The translations under genes and the position numbers were made by a program. The notes under the pieces were generated by a model. The model was not told the origin of the DNA, did not search any database, and was given only the letters and a program-made list of their open reading frames with translations. A DNA stretch of 59,231 nucleotides, counting the filler, from Catajapyx aquilonaris (Eukaryota), in assembly GCA_000934665.2 (NCBI GenBank). It is 2 parts of 2 records of this genome, joined end to end, with 100 filler letters (N's around TTAATTAATTAA, not from the genome) between each part and the next. Parts side by side here need not be neighbours in the genome. Positions count along the whole stretch, not along the records: positions 29,666 to 59,231 come from KZ539215.1; 1 more part is not named here. One strand, 5' to 3'. Below are positions 46,801 through 59,231 of this stretch, piece after piece (position 1 is the stretch's first letter; every line of letters starts with the position of its first letter).

Positions 46801-49800
46801 TTTGTGATCCAGTTGTAGCTGATATTGCATCGCTTTCATTGTAATTACGCAGCGATTGTAAGTTCTTGCCCACAGTAGCATTACGATTTTGTTAGGCAAT
46901 TATTAGGTCATATCATGTAATTATTATGTCATATTGTGATTTACTCAATCATTGATCAGATTTTTAGAAATATTATTATGTACTCTTAGAGCGTAGAATT
47001 TTATTACGATGGATTTCATTCAGTTGTTGATTTTCGTAACCGACATTGCATCGTTTAAATTGTTATTACGCAGCAGTAATCTCTCAGGACATATCAGATA
47101 AGGGAACTAATTTTAGCGCAGTTTAATTACTCGACTGTTGTTTCACCTTCTATTAGTCACACTGCAAAACTGTGAAAAGTTGCATGATTTTTAATTAACA
47201 AGAATGATTATTTTTGCTACTAATTCAAGAGAGACATGTGCACATAAGCACGGAACTATTTTTAAAAAAAACACAGTAATTTGTGAAAAAAAAGTGTTTT
47301 TTCTGTCCCACACATTGTTGCCATGCTTGTCTTGTGTTTTTTTTTTCTGTTTTTTTGTTCCAGCCGCTATAGTCCCGCCCGCCTTAGCCTTAGAAAAGCA
47401 GACTTTCTTAAAGGCACCCAGATGATAGAAAACGCGCTTACGTCATTCAGGTTAGCATAACATACTTAACCGCTTTTTTAAAAAACATAACTCGCTTTTA
47501 AAAAAATAATAATAAGCTTTATAGTCTGTTAACGAGCAATATGTGTTGCATGTATATGTTCTTGGGAGAAATTTTTTTCTACACCTCTTTCGTCTGTTTG
47601 GATGTTTGTGTATATGTTTTTTTGATTTTTTAATTTAGTGCCCCTTGTTTATGTCTGTTGTCTCTTTTCCTCACCCCTTTTCTTCAACCCTTGTCGAAAA
47701 CGAAAAAAAAAAAAACTCGGTCCCCTCCACACTGGTGTAGTCCTAGTAGTTTCAATCAGAAAAAGTCAGAGCTTCTCATGGAAGGAATCAACAGTTTAAA
47801 GTCTGCCGCATCGAGCATGGCCAAGAAGTTTGACGAGATAAAGGAAGCCATATCAGCCAACAGCACCCCGGTCAAGCCTGGCCAACTGGGGTGAGTTACG
47901 ATTAACCATGTCGTTACGCCATTGTTACAAACATGGTTTTATCCGCAGTGCGAAAGGCTACCAAGAGGATGAACAGCCTGCAGCGTCGTCGTCGTCGTTG
48001 CTTCTAGCCTCCGAGGACACATCCTACAAGACGGTGGATGCGGATCCGATCCCAACTATGGACCAGATGTCCTTTCCGCCAATGGCCGGAGACTACTGGG
48101 GCAGCTTTGCGGAGTCATTCATGTACCTTTTGGATGGAGGAAGCAGCGCAGGCGGAGGGAGCAGCAGACGAAGCAACACGGATATCTACCAGTCCTCGCA
48201 GCAGATGGAAATGTCAGTGCCGAATCACCAGCGCCTTTTGGTGGATGCCCTTTATCCGAGAGGCTCCATGACTCTCAGGGATTCAAGGGAGCCCGTGGCG
48301 CTCGAAATATGCATGACCACCTGTACTAGATGCCACAACTGCCAGGTAAGCCGCCTATCGTACCGCACATCGTAAGAATTAGTCTTTTATGTTGCTGTTT
48401 CTATCTGCAGGCTCTCCTATACGACGAGGAGATAATGGCCGGTTGGCTTCCGGAAGACTCGAACTTGAACACACGTTGCGAGTTCTGTGCCAAGCAGCTC
48501 GTTCCGTCCCTTCAGGTGTGGGGACGGGACTTCAGGGGCCAGTCTTTAGTTCAAGTTCGGGAGCAGCAGCAGGCAATGGCCAACGCGTCCTCGACGGCTC
48601 TCTTGACCACCATGACCCCTGCTCAGAGTCTCGAGAGTGTCCGAAGCATACACTCGCTACCCTCGACTCTAGCTCGACGGACTGTCAGGAGTGCGGGTAT
48701 GTACTGAAATTACGGGTTCGGTACGAGTTGCTTACGTATGTTTTTCCGAAGCTCTAAGCTGCCCTGCGGTGGACTCGGCAGGATTGCTAGGATCACGCTC
48801 CTCCAGTCAGAGCATGTCGTCTGAAGGCGCCGAAACGCATGCTCCATCTGGTTCGCAATCGACGCATGGCAGCACCGTGAAGAGGGTGTCGTTAGAGGAA
48901 AGCTTGATGAAAACCTCGAGTTTGCCGAATGGTGTCACATCCCCGAATCCGGATCTCGTTATGCTGGGGTTAGAAGAGAGAAAGAACAGGCCGGATTACA
49001 CCAAAGTCGAGGACAGTGGCTGCGGGTCAGTTGAAATGCGAGTATGGAAGGTTACTTGACACTCATTGCTCTTTATTCCACAGTACAAGTGAAAGCACAA
49101 GTACGGGCTCGCAGAAGGGAAAGGAGTTTGCAGAAAAGGTTGGTTTTATTCGGTAACGGAAACTGTGCGATGCTGACCATTCTTTGCTCCAAGGTGTCGT
49201 GCGAGGACTGCAGCTTCCCTCCGACTCCATCTCCTCCACCGGCGGACATCGACCTCGTAATGGTTCCGTACCTAAGCCCAGTGGTCCTATGCAAGGAGAT
49301 GGAGACGGTCCTTGAGCAAGAGGGCGACCCAAGCCTGACCCGCCACCAGTTCGTAGACGACCATCCAATAATCTACTGGAACATGGTCTGGTTCTTTCAG
49401 CGGGTCAACCTTCCCTCGCACCTTCCCGGACTCTGTCTCGCATCAACCACGATCAACAAGGGAAGGACGCACCATCCCTCTTGGGCATCGGCCGACTACA
49501 AGAACGTGTCCGTCAGGTGCCTTTGGGACAACCACAAGATGCACGAGGAGGTAACTTATTTTACTACGAGTCGTTTTAATACTGTCCGCAATTACCTCAT
49601 TTCTTTCCTGGCATCAAAGGATTTGAAAATTCAATCCGAGGTATGTCTTGGCATATTACATTACATGAAGATGATTTTGCTGGTTTCACTTGATGGTCAT
49701 TTTTTTCCATTCAGGTCGGATACCCGATGTACTGGTTGTGGAGACAAGGTCCTAGCGAGTCTTCTCTCGTTAGTGCTTTGGTCACGGACAGGATGATGGC

Positions 49801-50241
49801 ACCTAAAGCGTAAGTCGCATTCGGCAATTTAGCGAACATGGCTCATTGCGTCCCTCTTGCAGCTTAATCCAGCAGATTATATCATGGGTGCAATGCAACG
49901 ACTTGTTAGAGCCGCTCAAGTCTCTCCTGAGCGAGAGGCGGAAGCAGGTGAAGAGCAAAAGCAAATGCAGGAGCTCCACCCACTCTGCGTACAGGGACAT
50001 ATTCTTCCTGGCCCTCGTCGCTCTTGGCAGGGACAACATCAATCAAAGTACGCCTTGTAATTTGTAATCGATTTTGTAATATTAACGATTTACAATAATT
50101 GCAGTTGAGTTTGACCGTGAATTCCGAAGTGCCTACGGGAAGCTGCCCCAAAAGTACCTGCACATGATGCACAAGAAGGACGGGCCGCCTTCGTTCACCA
50201 CAATCTTCTGCAGGCATTACTTCAAGGATCTGGAACTGTAG
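40875..50241 (+). CDS. DENND4: DENN domain protein 4 / Crag-like Rab GEF (MABP, uDENN, cDENN, dDENN, PPR), about 20 exons
   Basis: [13 protein letters not shown] start; [22 protein letters not shown] (MABP); [141 protein letters not shown]; stop TAG at 50239-50241. Confidence 0.95.
41415..42105. repeat. About four diverged ~190-bp tandem units in a DENND4 intron
   Basis: Recurring ttagggt..ataatgagc..atggtcgcaaaa...tttttctgagcattcgtttaaccttg.ttgta blocks. Confidence 0.65.
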
Positions 50242-52701
50242 TAGGGAAGTGACAGAATTTTTATAAAGCGACGAGTGGCTCCCCGTCCATTCAAGAAAGA
50301 AGAAAAAAAAAGGAAATTTAACAGGCCAGGGAAAATAATTTTTATTTGGGTTTTTACCTGTGTTTTAAGTGCATTATTTTTTAAAGTGTGACAACCGTTT
50401 TTGTTTTGTACATTTTTTTGTATCCTGTGTTAGTCGTTAAGTTGGTTTGAGAAGCTATCTCAGATATGCGAATGAGACTGTCTATTGAGTCGATATTAAT
50501 TGACTAAATTGGCCAGTTTACAGACTAATTAGTGAGTCAGTTGACGACGTTAAGATGATTTTGTCGTGATCGACACTTGTGGTTTTTAATCAGGAAATTT
50601 TTTTAATTGCTCAATTTGTTCCACACAATCAAATTTACTGGTTGTCTAATTATTAAGGTATGGTGACTAATTTTCCGGTTGTAATAAGCTCGATGTTTTT
50701 AAAATATTTTTTAACAAGCCGTGCTACTGGTAAATAATTTCGTCCATTTAAAAGAAGAAGAAGAAAAGAAATTTTATGCAAACAAAAGTGGCACACAATC
50801 CCTCAGGTTTTTAATTTTTTCGTTTAAAAAAATAAATAATTGGGGGGTCGGATATTTTAAATATTTCCGACTGCACGTCACTTTATTAAATCTGCTTGGA
50901 TTGTTACGAAGTAAATAAGAATTATAATTGGAAGGAGTCAGGGTAAAAAAAAATATATATTATATTGTTTGTCCACTTCTCAATAGTCTGTGATAATTTT
51001 ATTTTAAATTGTATACACTCGAAAACACTTATCTCAAACTTTCCTCCCCCCCATTTAATAATTATTAAAAAGTATGGACACAATTGCTCACAATTTTAAA
51101 TTAGGTTAACTATACACAAAGAGTCACAGCAACGTTTTTTGCTAATAAAAACGGTCCATTTTTTGGTGCTGAAACAATCGAGTTGGGAGAAGGTTTATTT
51201 GTTGTGGTGGCATTGTTGTGATAATGGAGAGCTGATTATTTCATACGGGGGAAAGAGCCAAAAACATCTTTTCGTTCGAACCGAGCATATGTTTATTTTT
51301 GTAAATGGTGAATCCCTCCCTCGCAAAAAAAAAAGGATCATGCCAAAATAAAGACCCGTTTTCTGTTGGCGCATTGTTGGTATCACCGAAATAATTGCAA
51401 ATTATGAATGCGCCGAGAGTAACGAACAAAACGACGGATCGTTGGCAGGATCCTTTTCCTGCCATAAAAATGAACACCGATGCTTTTCGCTTTCATAATT
51501 TTTAATATCCGTTATTTACGTGAAGCGGGCAAGAAATTTCCGGGAGCTAATTAGCTGATTTATTAAAACTGTGCAATGAAAAACTTTTTTTTTAAACAAT
51601 ATGTATATGCACCACAGATTATATTGCAGTAATATTGTAAATACACATTTTGTTTATTTTTTTTTGAAAACGTGCCAAGTGTGACAGGTTATTCGATTTT
51701 AAAACATTTTGCTTAGCAAAATAGTGCTCAATGTTTTTTTATTTCATGACTTTTAAGGACTAATTATTTACCCCATATTTAGCTACAGGAAGACTGACAA
51801 TTTTTAGATGGAAGACGTTAATTAATTTTTTTTTTGCACTCGTAATAACCAAATGGCATTTTTTTTTTCTTCAGTTGTGAGATAGAGGCATTTATATCAT
51901 GTTTACACGAAGCTAATATTGTTGGCAGTGCAAAGAAAAGAAGAGGTGTTCTTTAATTTATTGTTGTGAAGAGCGACTTGGGTCTTCCAAAAAAAAAAGA
52001 AAAGAAAATTTTACCTTTTAAAAAAAATGTGGTTTGTGTTTGGCAATCAAGAATTTGTTTTTGTGTGCAAGTCACCCTAAGATGTATAATGTTTTAATTG
52101 ATAGTTATTTGAGCCTATAAATTGTACATAATGTACATAACACATATTACGTACTGTTTCTGATCACGAGACAGTTTACGAAATGGAATCGCTTTGAATC
52201 TCAGTTTTTTATGATGTGGATCATATCAGCGGGAGACAAAAAAGGTAGCTGCAAAGTGTTATTATATGCAAATGTGTAAATCATGAAAAATTGTTATTCA
52301 AGGCTAGTGAGGTAATGTCTTTTTTTGTAAGTAAAAGAAGGGCTGCAGCTTAGTTTTAAACGGCTCACTTTTCATTAACGAAGTGAAGTTTGAGAACATG
52401 AAAATAGGGACGTGTTCTCTCGCAGTTAACTATTGACAAAAACTTGTAGCTCCGTAGCCCTTCGTTTACTATACTGGTTTAACTTATGGAAGGAGTTGAA
52501 ATCAGATGAAGTCAATGGAATTTGCAAAAACTTGTTACGTATTCCTAATTTTCTTTTTTCTCTCATTTTTACATGGAGTGCTGTACAGATATAATGATGG
52601 TTTTTAAAAAGCGCTTAACTGTAGTTCCACTCTGGTGCCATTTTAGTAAAAAAAAATCAAATTCACAGTTACTTGTGGGGTCTGTTTATTTGCCTTGTTA
52701 A

Positions 52702-52816
52702 CCTCCTGAGACCCCTGGTACAGTATACTGTACCTTTGTTTTTTTCCAGAACCCTCTGACTAACTCAAACATGTAAAAAAAAAGGTACAGTAGACTGTAC
52801 TCCGGGTCTCAGGAGG
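52702..52816. mobile_element. piggyBac-like MITE (115 bp)
   Basis: TTAA|cctcctgagaccc ... gggtctcaggagg|TTAA: a perfect TTAA target duplication and CC...GG TIRs, with internal gtacagta.actgtac palindromes. Confidence 0.85.
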
Positions 52817-53349
52817 TTAATCATCAATAAGAGCCTGATGTAATTTATGGATAACACATTTTACATTAATTTTGAAATATTTAGAATTTATTCGATCATA
52901 AATACTGAGGAAATCCACATTTTTAAAATTCTGTCAGTACATTTTGTCATATTTCCAGTGGATTGTCTCGTCCTGTCTCCCTATACCCCCCAGCACTGCC
53001 GTCCCACGGAACAAAGCCGTATCTGCAAACCGGCAGATACGGCTTTTTTCCATGGGACAGCAGAGTATCCCCAAGGTTATATCTGCATGCATCCCAATCC
53101 CCCTACATTCCTACAACTCTTTGAGTTGCCAACCAGAGTTGCCAGGTAGTGCCAGTTGTGGGCTTTGTGCGCAGCATTCCCGCAACTTTCAGTCTTGCGT
53201 AGCACATTTGGAAGGGAGCTTGGGATTATGGACGCGGCCAGGATACGGCAGGAGGCGTGGCCTGGACTGCCAACTTGACAAGGCCTTTGTGGGCTCCATC
53301 AGGGGTTCAGGGGTTCCAAATGGAAAGGCTGGTTCGTGATGATAACGAC

Positions 53350-53756
53350 CATGGTTATTGAAGACTCAGGTTAGGTCACTCCCCACCCACCCCCCTGCCC
53401 ACCCCCTGCCGAAGGATTACGCACCGGGTGCCCACTTGAGATCGCTACGAGACATTTCCCAAGGCTATCATGTGGCGACCCTACCGGACTAAGGCTGAAC
53501 TTCACAGGTACGAAGGGCAGGGCTACATGCTGGCCTTCCACCATGATGCTGGCCCAACATGGCCGCCAGCGGCCATGTTGGGCCCCCCAATGTAGCCCTC
53601 CCCTTCGTACCTGTAAAGTTCAGCCTTAGTCCGGTAGGGTCGCCACATGATAGCCTTGGGAAATGTCTCGTAGCGATCTCAAGTGGCCACCCGGTGCGTA
53701 ATCCTTCGGCAGGGGGTGGGTGGGGAGTGACCTAACCTGAGTCTTCAATAACCATG
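53350..53756. mobile_element. Foldback element with ~170-bp near-perfect inverted arms
   Basis: catggttattgaagactcaggttaggtcactcccc...gggctacat is mirrored by atgtagccc...ggggagtgacctaacctgagtcttcaataaccatg. Confidence 0.88.
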
Positions 53757-54224
53757 CTTCCATCCCAAGGGCTTTTGTGATGCCGCCAGTGCTGCCAAAG
53801 TGCTGCGTTCCATAGAAAGTAGATACTAGATAGTCTGGTTCAGGTCTGGTTCTTATCACGGAGGGGGCAAACGTTGCTCGGTTGCTGTGCTGGCGTCGTT
53901 ATGGATTTTGTTGCCTCTGCATACAACCTGGCTGACTTGATTGATCGGAACAGAGCAGTACCAAGCAGTGAGTAAGGAAGAAAAATAAGGTGACCTAACA
54001 GTGCGCATCGGATTAATATTAGTAGTGTACCGGACGGTACCGGACATGCGTACCGGATGGCCCAAAAATTAGTTGCATTGTCGATTGTAGTGCACATTTT
54101 GGTCCAGCCCCCAGCTGGCCCTCCTTTACGTAGCTTTAGTTCAGTTTTGGGTAGTAGAGATCTGGCCACGTTTTAAAATTCCCGTATTTTCCCGCCATTT
54201 GTGTTCTCTTCCTTTGTTGCATTA

Positions 54225-54290
<66 letters not shown>
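54225..54290. repeat. (ATT)n microsatellite
   Basis: Visible directly. Confidence 0.95.
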
Positions 54291-54721
54291 TACTATTTAA
54301 ACATTGCATACTGCAAGTAACGGTCGCTATTGTCATACTATGTAATGCTGATGAAACTACCTCATCAGCCATCCGACTTGTAACCAGTTTTATCTTTAGC
54401 CGCGTTGCCCACGTATTTTTCTATTCTTCCTCCCTGGCCAGTTGTCTCTCTTGAAAACGACCCCTCGGGCTATTCTGAAGGTTATTAAGCCCAACCCCCT
54501 GTCGGTGACGCCCATTTTATTTACCGGTGCCTACTGCTGCCACCTAGGGGTATGCCATCAGTAAAAAATAAGGCCTGGATTTTTTGGCCTGGGAAAAACC
54601 ATGAAATTGGCACAAATAAATCCTTATTAAATAGGCACAAATGGAGGGTTATGGAGGACAACGTTACGGAAAATGTTTTGTTGAAAAAAAAAATTACGTA
54701 GGCCTAAAGTATAAGTTCTTG

Positions 54722-55077
54722 GTTCTAGTCAATAGGTACCCGCCCCGGGTCGCCTGAATGGCGAGAGATGGACGCACTCAAAAATAGTCACCGTGTTGAA
54801 AAACATCTTTCCCCATTGAGGCGACTCCGGGCATTGGTAAGACATCCTTCACTGACATCATCAACAATGATATCACCGTCGGGCTCATCTATCCCTACCA
54901 TCACTGTTGCTATCTCCGCTGTTCGGGAGTTCTTCAGCTGGCAGCTTCGGGAGTTCTTCCGGCACAACATCCAACGAACAGTGGGTCAAGTGCATTAACG
55001 CCCCACGGTGACTATTTTTTAGTGCGTCCATCTCTCGCCATTCAGGCGACCCGGGGCGGGTACTTATTGACTAGAAC
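54722..55077. mobile_element. MITE with ~75-bp TIRs
   Basis: gttctagtcaataggtacccgccccgggtcgcctgaatggcgagagatggacgcact... / ...agtgcgtccatctctcgccattcaggcgacccggggcgggtacttattgactagaac. Confidence 0.85.
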
Positions 55078-55969
55078 TTATGTAAAGCAGCATGTACTGT
55101 ACATGTGAGCGATAAATCCAATTGGGGTGAAAAAAGTTTACCATGATTGTTACTTTCACCGCAAACTATTTGGATTCATTGCTCAGCAATGCTGATCAAA
55201 TCGCTCACATGTAAAGGCGGTCACAAACCAGAGCGATAACAGAATAACAACGATAAGCTGACTGATAATTAGCGAACATGGGCAAATGGAGACAAAGTGT
55301 GAGCAAGCATCACTTGCTGTGGACTCGACCGCTTATAGCCCACTTGCATAGCAGGGACAACTGCTTCCTGTTCAACAATGTCCTCGAAACGGCATCAGCG
55401 AAGGTTTTTAAAATGAATTGGAACAGGCGAAAGTGTTTGGGGGCTAGGGCGGGTGGGGTAGTGCTGGTGTGGAAGCACCCAAACCCGGAGCTATGAAAAC
55501 CCTTTGCTGACGCCATTTCGAGGACATTGTTGACTGCGTGCAGTTGTCCGGGAGTGGGTGCACCGCGGTAGGGCCTGGAGTGATTGGCAGACCCAAGATT
55601 CCAGTCCAGTCTACGCTAGGAGGGTTCTGTCAATAACGTGTGCCTAACTTCCAACCTGTATGGGCCCTGTGTTAGTGACAATAATAGGGTAAATCATTTT
55701 GGAACGGTCTTCGTAGATAAGGCTGTGAGGTGGATTCGAATTATTTGGTGAAGTAGTCCAACAATTAGACTGGGCCAATATGGTGATGTGACTGCGATAG
55801 AGGCAGCGCAGCTATTAATTAGGACTATAACTAATCTGAGGATGGATTTATTGTGAAGTGTTAAGGCCCATTCACACAGGCCATTGACGGCCTGTGTGAA
55901 TGGTCCTTTACCAGGACCACCAGGACTCTCCTGCCAGGCACTGTCTGCAGCATTGCCTGATAAGTTTAG

Positions 55970-56135
55970 TTAGTAGCGAGCTGAGCGGTAATTGTGGGTT
56001 GTGTCTCCGCCCAACAATACTGTCCGTCTTTGTGCGCCATAGGTCTACGGACATTGGTTTACATGCAGCACACAAAGACGGACAGTATGGTTGGGCGGAG
56101 ACACAACCCACAATAAGCGCTCAACTCGCTACTAA
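55970..56135. mobile_element. Hairpin MITE
   Basis: ttagtagcgagctgagcg...tgtgggttgtgtctccgcccaac..tactgtccgtctttgtg and its reverse complement. A fragment of the same end (ttagtagcaagctgagcacttattgtg) occurs at ~59107. Confidence 0.8.
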
Positions 56136-56262
56136 GTAAAATCACCAAGAAATGCGACGGACAGTGCCTGACAGTGGCATAACAAAGGACATTCCTGGTG
56201 CTGTCACCCCAAAGCCCTACATCTATCACCCCATCTATGACCTCCATATCCATAGGTACCAG

Positions 56263-56263
<1 letters not shown>

Positions 56264-56331
<68 letters not shown>
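56264..56331. repeat. (AAT)n microsatellite
   Basis: Visible directly. Confidence 0.95.
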
Positions 56332-56569
56332 CCTGGGGTAGTGCTTTCACCCCAATATGGGGGTATATCACATGGACCTTTATTTTGATTGATGGTACAG
56401 TGTTGGACATGAATCAAGGCATACTGCTAGCGACATTTTCCGCAGTATGCCTCAATTAATGTCCAACATTGTACATTTTGGTGTCTATTGATTGAAGCGC
56501 TCAGGCTCACGGGCAGGATGACAGGAGGGGATGTGCAATGTGCAGTCAAGTGTGCAGTGCAAAGTTTTT

Positions 56570-56757
56570 AACATGGTACATAATTTGTCATTTCCCCCGC
56601 GTGAAAATGTGCAGCTGAGATTCCTCTCGAGGCTAAGCCAGAGACGACCCAACTCTGCACGAGATGAAGGGGGGAACCCCGGGCTGGGATCGAACCGGGG
56701 TCCTTAACATCCGTGGGCGCATACGTTACCGCAGGGCCACAGGCCACTACGCCTCCC
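56570..56757 (-). mobile_element. tRNA-derived SINE (head with Pol III A/B boxes)
   Basis: Minus strand ggcgtagtggcctgtggccctgcggtaa...ggaccccGGTTCGATCCCagcccgggg: an A-box-like sequence and a canonical B-box/T-arm, but no convincing cloverleaf. The 3' limit is uncertain. Confidence 0.55.
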
Positions 56758-57469
56758 TTATCCATCGGTACCGGTATATTACTAACAGGAATGACCTGAC
56801 CGAGGTCTAGCTGCCTTGAAAGCAACCAGTGGCTGTTTTCAGGGTTTGAGCCTAACATACGCACCAAACCAGTTGGGTTTGATGATGATTTAAGGATTAT
56901 GAGAAAAGCCAATTGGCATAATTTGAACTAGCAAGTAACCCAGCATTGCTCGGGTGTGTTGTGGTGGTAGTGGGGTATGCAAAAGTGAAATTACACCTTA
57001 TATACTACAGTAAAACCTCGATATAACGCTCTGCAAGGGAACGTCCAAAAGTAATATCATTATTAATAGGATCGCATTATATGCGGAAAAAAACTTCATT
57101 TTTTGCAAATATAATATTGAAAACAATAAGCCAAAGTTGTTCATTACCCTATCTGAGGTGGTCAATCACGCCTCAGTTAACGCAAATGTAACATTAGGGA
57201 GAATGGCCCAGATCCGTGTGTGTTCCTCTTTGGTCAGCTGAACACTGAAGAGGGCGCCCTTCTGGGCAGTCGGGGGGGCAACAGGTTGATAATATGGGGA
57301 GTGTCCGGGGGCTGGTACCGAATCTTCGGAAGGGGCGCCTCTTCGTTGCCCCCCCCCCCCCCCCCCCCCNCCCCCCCCCCCCTAGGTACGCCCAACGATA
57401 AGAGAATACCCAGGATGAGCAATGCTCATTCTGTCCTGTGATTGGCTCCTCTCGGATGACGCGGCCAGT

Positions 57470-57779
57470 TAAAATTCATGTTATGGCAGAAAAATTTATT
57501 TTCTCCCACTCGCAACCGCTTCGCTAAGATTGTGCGGCCTGCGCCGCCTGGGCAGTTGTCTGGTGGTGCTGCTGGTGCTGCTGCTGCTGCCGGTGCTGCT
57601 GCCCCCCTGCACCTCGGCCTAGGAATGCTCAGGGGCGAAGGAGGATTTCGGAGACCTCCCACTGTGGAGAGCCCTCCTCCTCCATCCCTCCTCCTTCCTG
57701 CTGTAGTGGTCGTGTGGATGTAGGAGGCATATTTCGAGAGTATGAGAAAATAAATTTTTCTGCCATAACATGAATTTTA
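57470..57779. mobile_element. MITE-like element with ~40-bp TIRs and GC-rich core
   Basis: taaaattcatgttatggcagaaaaatttattttctc ... gagaaaataaatttttctgccataacatgaatttta. Confidence 0.75.
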
Positions 57780-58218
57780 TAAATACTTCTTATTTATACC
57801 AATTTCGTGTGGGCTTCCTTCCTAAATGAATACTTATATTTAACCCTCAACTTGAAACATTTATGTTGCCACCCTGAAGTAAGTTTGTGTCAAAATGAAA
57901 AATCCCATACCTATATTCCTCCAAACCCAAGTCCAAACCCAAACCACTCTCTCATGGGCCGTACCGGGGGAAAAAAGTGTGATGGAAAATAATTTTAATG
58001 TGAGCTAATGTCATTATTAGACACTCGCTATAGTCGATTAGGGCAGAGATTATGGATACAGTCATCATAATCATAATAATTGAGTAATTAAATAAGTACC
58101 ATATACTACTGTGCAGTAATATATAATTATAACTAAAAAAATTCTAATTAACTAATAATGCGCTAATCTCGCTTACTGACCTTAAACATGGGCGAATAAC
58201 GTTTCATACAGAGCAGAG

Positions 58219-58354
58219 CAAGGGGGTAATCACTTCGCTACTCCGGTGACTCCCAGTTACTCCTCAGCTACCTCACTATTTATTACTCCTTGGCACTCCT
58301 TGAATTTGGTACTCCAGTGTACATACACTTCTCAGTCGAGTGATTACCCCCTTG
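58219..58354. mobile_element. hAT-like MITE
   Basis: TIRs caagggggtaatcact / agtgattacccccttg; flanks gagcagag / gagcagat (7 of 8 match, 8-bp TSD). Confidence 0.8.
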
Positions 58355-59231
58355 GAGCAGATGGTTAAATCGCATATTTCGGATATGCCAAATTTGTCAA
58401 AATATGCCATTTTTGTCATTGAAGGTGGCATTTTTTCAAGACATTCATCGCGTAACAACCGCACCACCTCTGCCGGAAAAAGGGGTAATTCTAAAACCAG
58501 GGCATGACCCGGGCATGACTGACCTACACAGAGAAGCGCATAATATGCAGTACAGTACCGTAATGGCGGTAATAGTTCGATAACTCGAGCGCTGAAATCT
58601 CTGTGCGTGACTCGCGCCTCTCGCCTCGCGCCTCGTGCCGGGGGGGGGGGNNNNNNNNNNNNNNNNNNGGGGGATTCCGGAATATCGCGTAATTTAAAAT
58701 GGTTTATTTCAAAGAATAACAAACGAAAAGTAGTTTGCCCAATTCCTGATCGCCATAGGTTCATTGAAAAAAAATATGTGATAAATATGTAGTTTTTAGT
58801 ACGCCTCTGCTCTGAAGTGAAGGTCGAGGGTGTGGCAGAGTGGCCCCCCGCAAACACCGTAACCCATACGCTACCGTAGTTTTTAATTGCAGAGGTCTCC
58901 GCTACCACGGGGATGTTGGCGCTGGCGTCGCACGTTCGGGCTACTGTGACTAGGGGGAAGGTGATTGGTTGCGCGCCTCTCGCTGCCAAATTTGGGAGTG
59001 CCATCAAAACTTGTCACCAACACAGGGGCCCATGCAGGTCGGCAGATGAATGCTCTTTGTTGTGGCCCTGCCAGGCGTGGTCCTTCGCATTGCCCAATGA
59101 TTTCAGTTAGTAGCAAGCTGAGCACTTATTGTGACTTAAGGTGGAAATGAAGCTAGAGTCACTCAATGAGAATTTTATGAAAAAAACATATGTTACGCAG
59201 TTTTGTGTCCTCTTATCAATGTTGCAAAGAA

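Noticed and set aside
56660..56757. Possible tRNA gene
   Set aside because: A B-box/T-arm is present but I could not build acceptor and anticodon stems; treated as a SINE head.
58276..59007. 243-aa minus-strand ORF
   Set aside because: It spans an N gap and a MITE and has no recognisable domain.

Overview
This is eukaryotic invertebrate DNA, most likely arthropod (inferred from divergent ionotropic receptors, innexins, DRE promoter motifs and short GT-AG introns). It is not prokaryotic. In order, the window holds: a 5'-truncated intronless divergent ionotropic receptor (IR) with a 1-bp frameshift; three tandem atypical calpains (MGC N-terminus, no EF-hand domain), the third intact but with all three catalytic residues replaced; a secreted clip-less serine-protease-like gene with a non-canonical active site; a partly duplicated cluster of divergent innexins; a 100-bp artificial spacer (44 N + TTAATTAATTAA + 44 N); three tandem intronless divergent IRs (one pseudogene, two intact) with near-identical N-terminal domains; a DRE-rich promoter, an AT-rich satellite and a multi-exon DENND4/Crag Rab-GEF gene; and a gene-free tail rich in MITEs, foldback elements and a tRNA-derived SINE. 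The strongest candidate for an undescribed system is the acylated calpain trio with its apparently preserved dead paralog. Exon coordinates were read by hand and family assignments come from motif recognition only.
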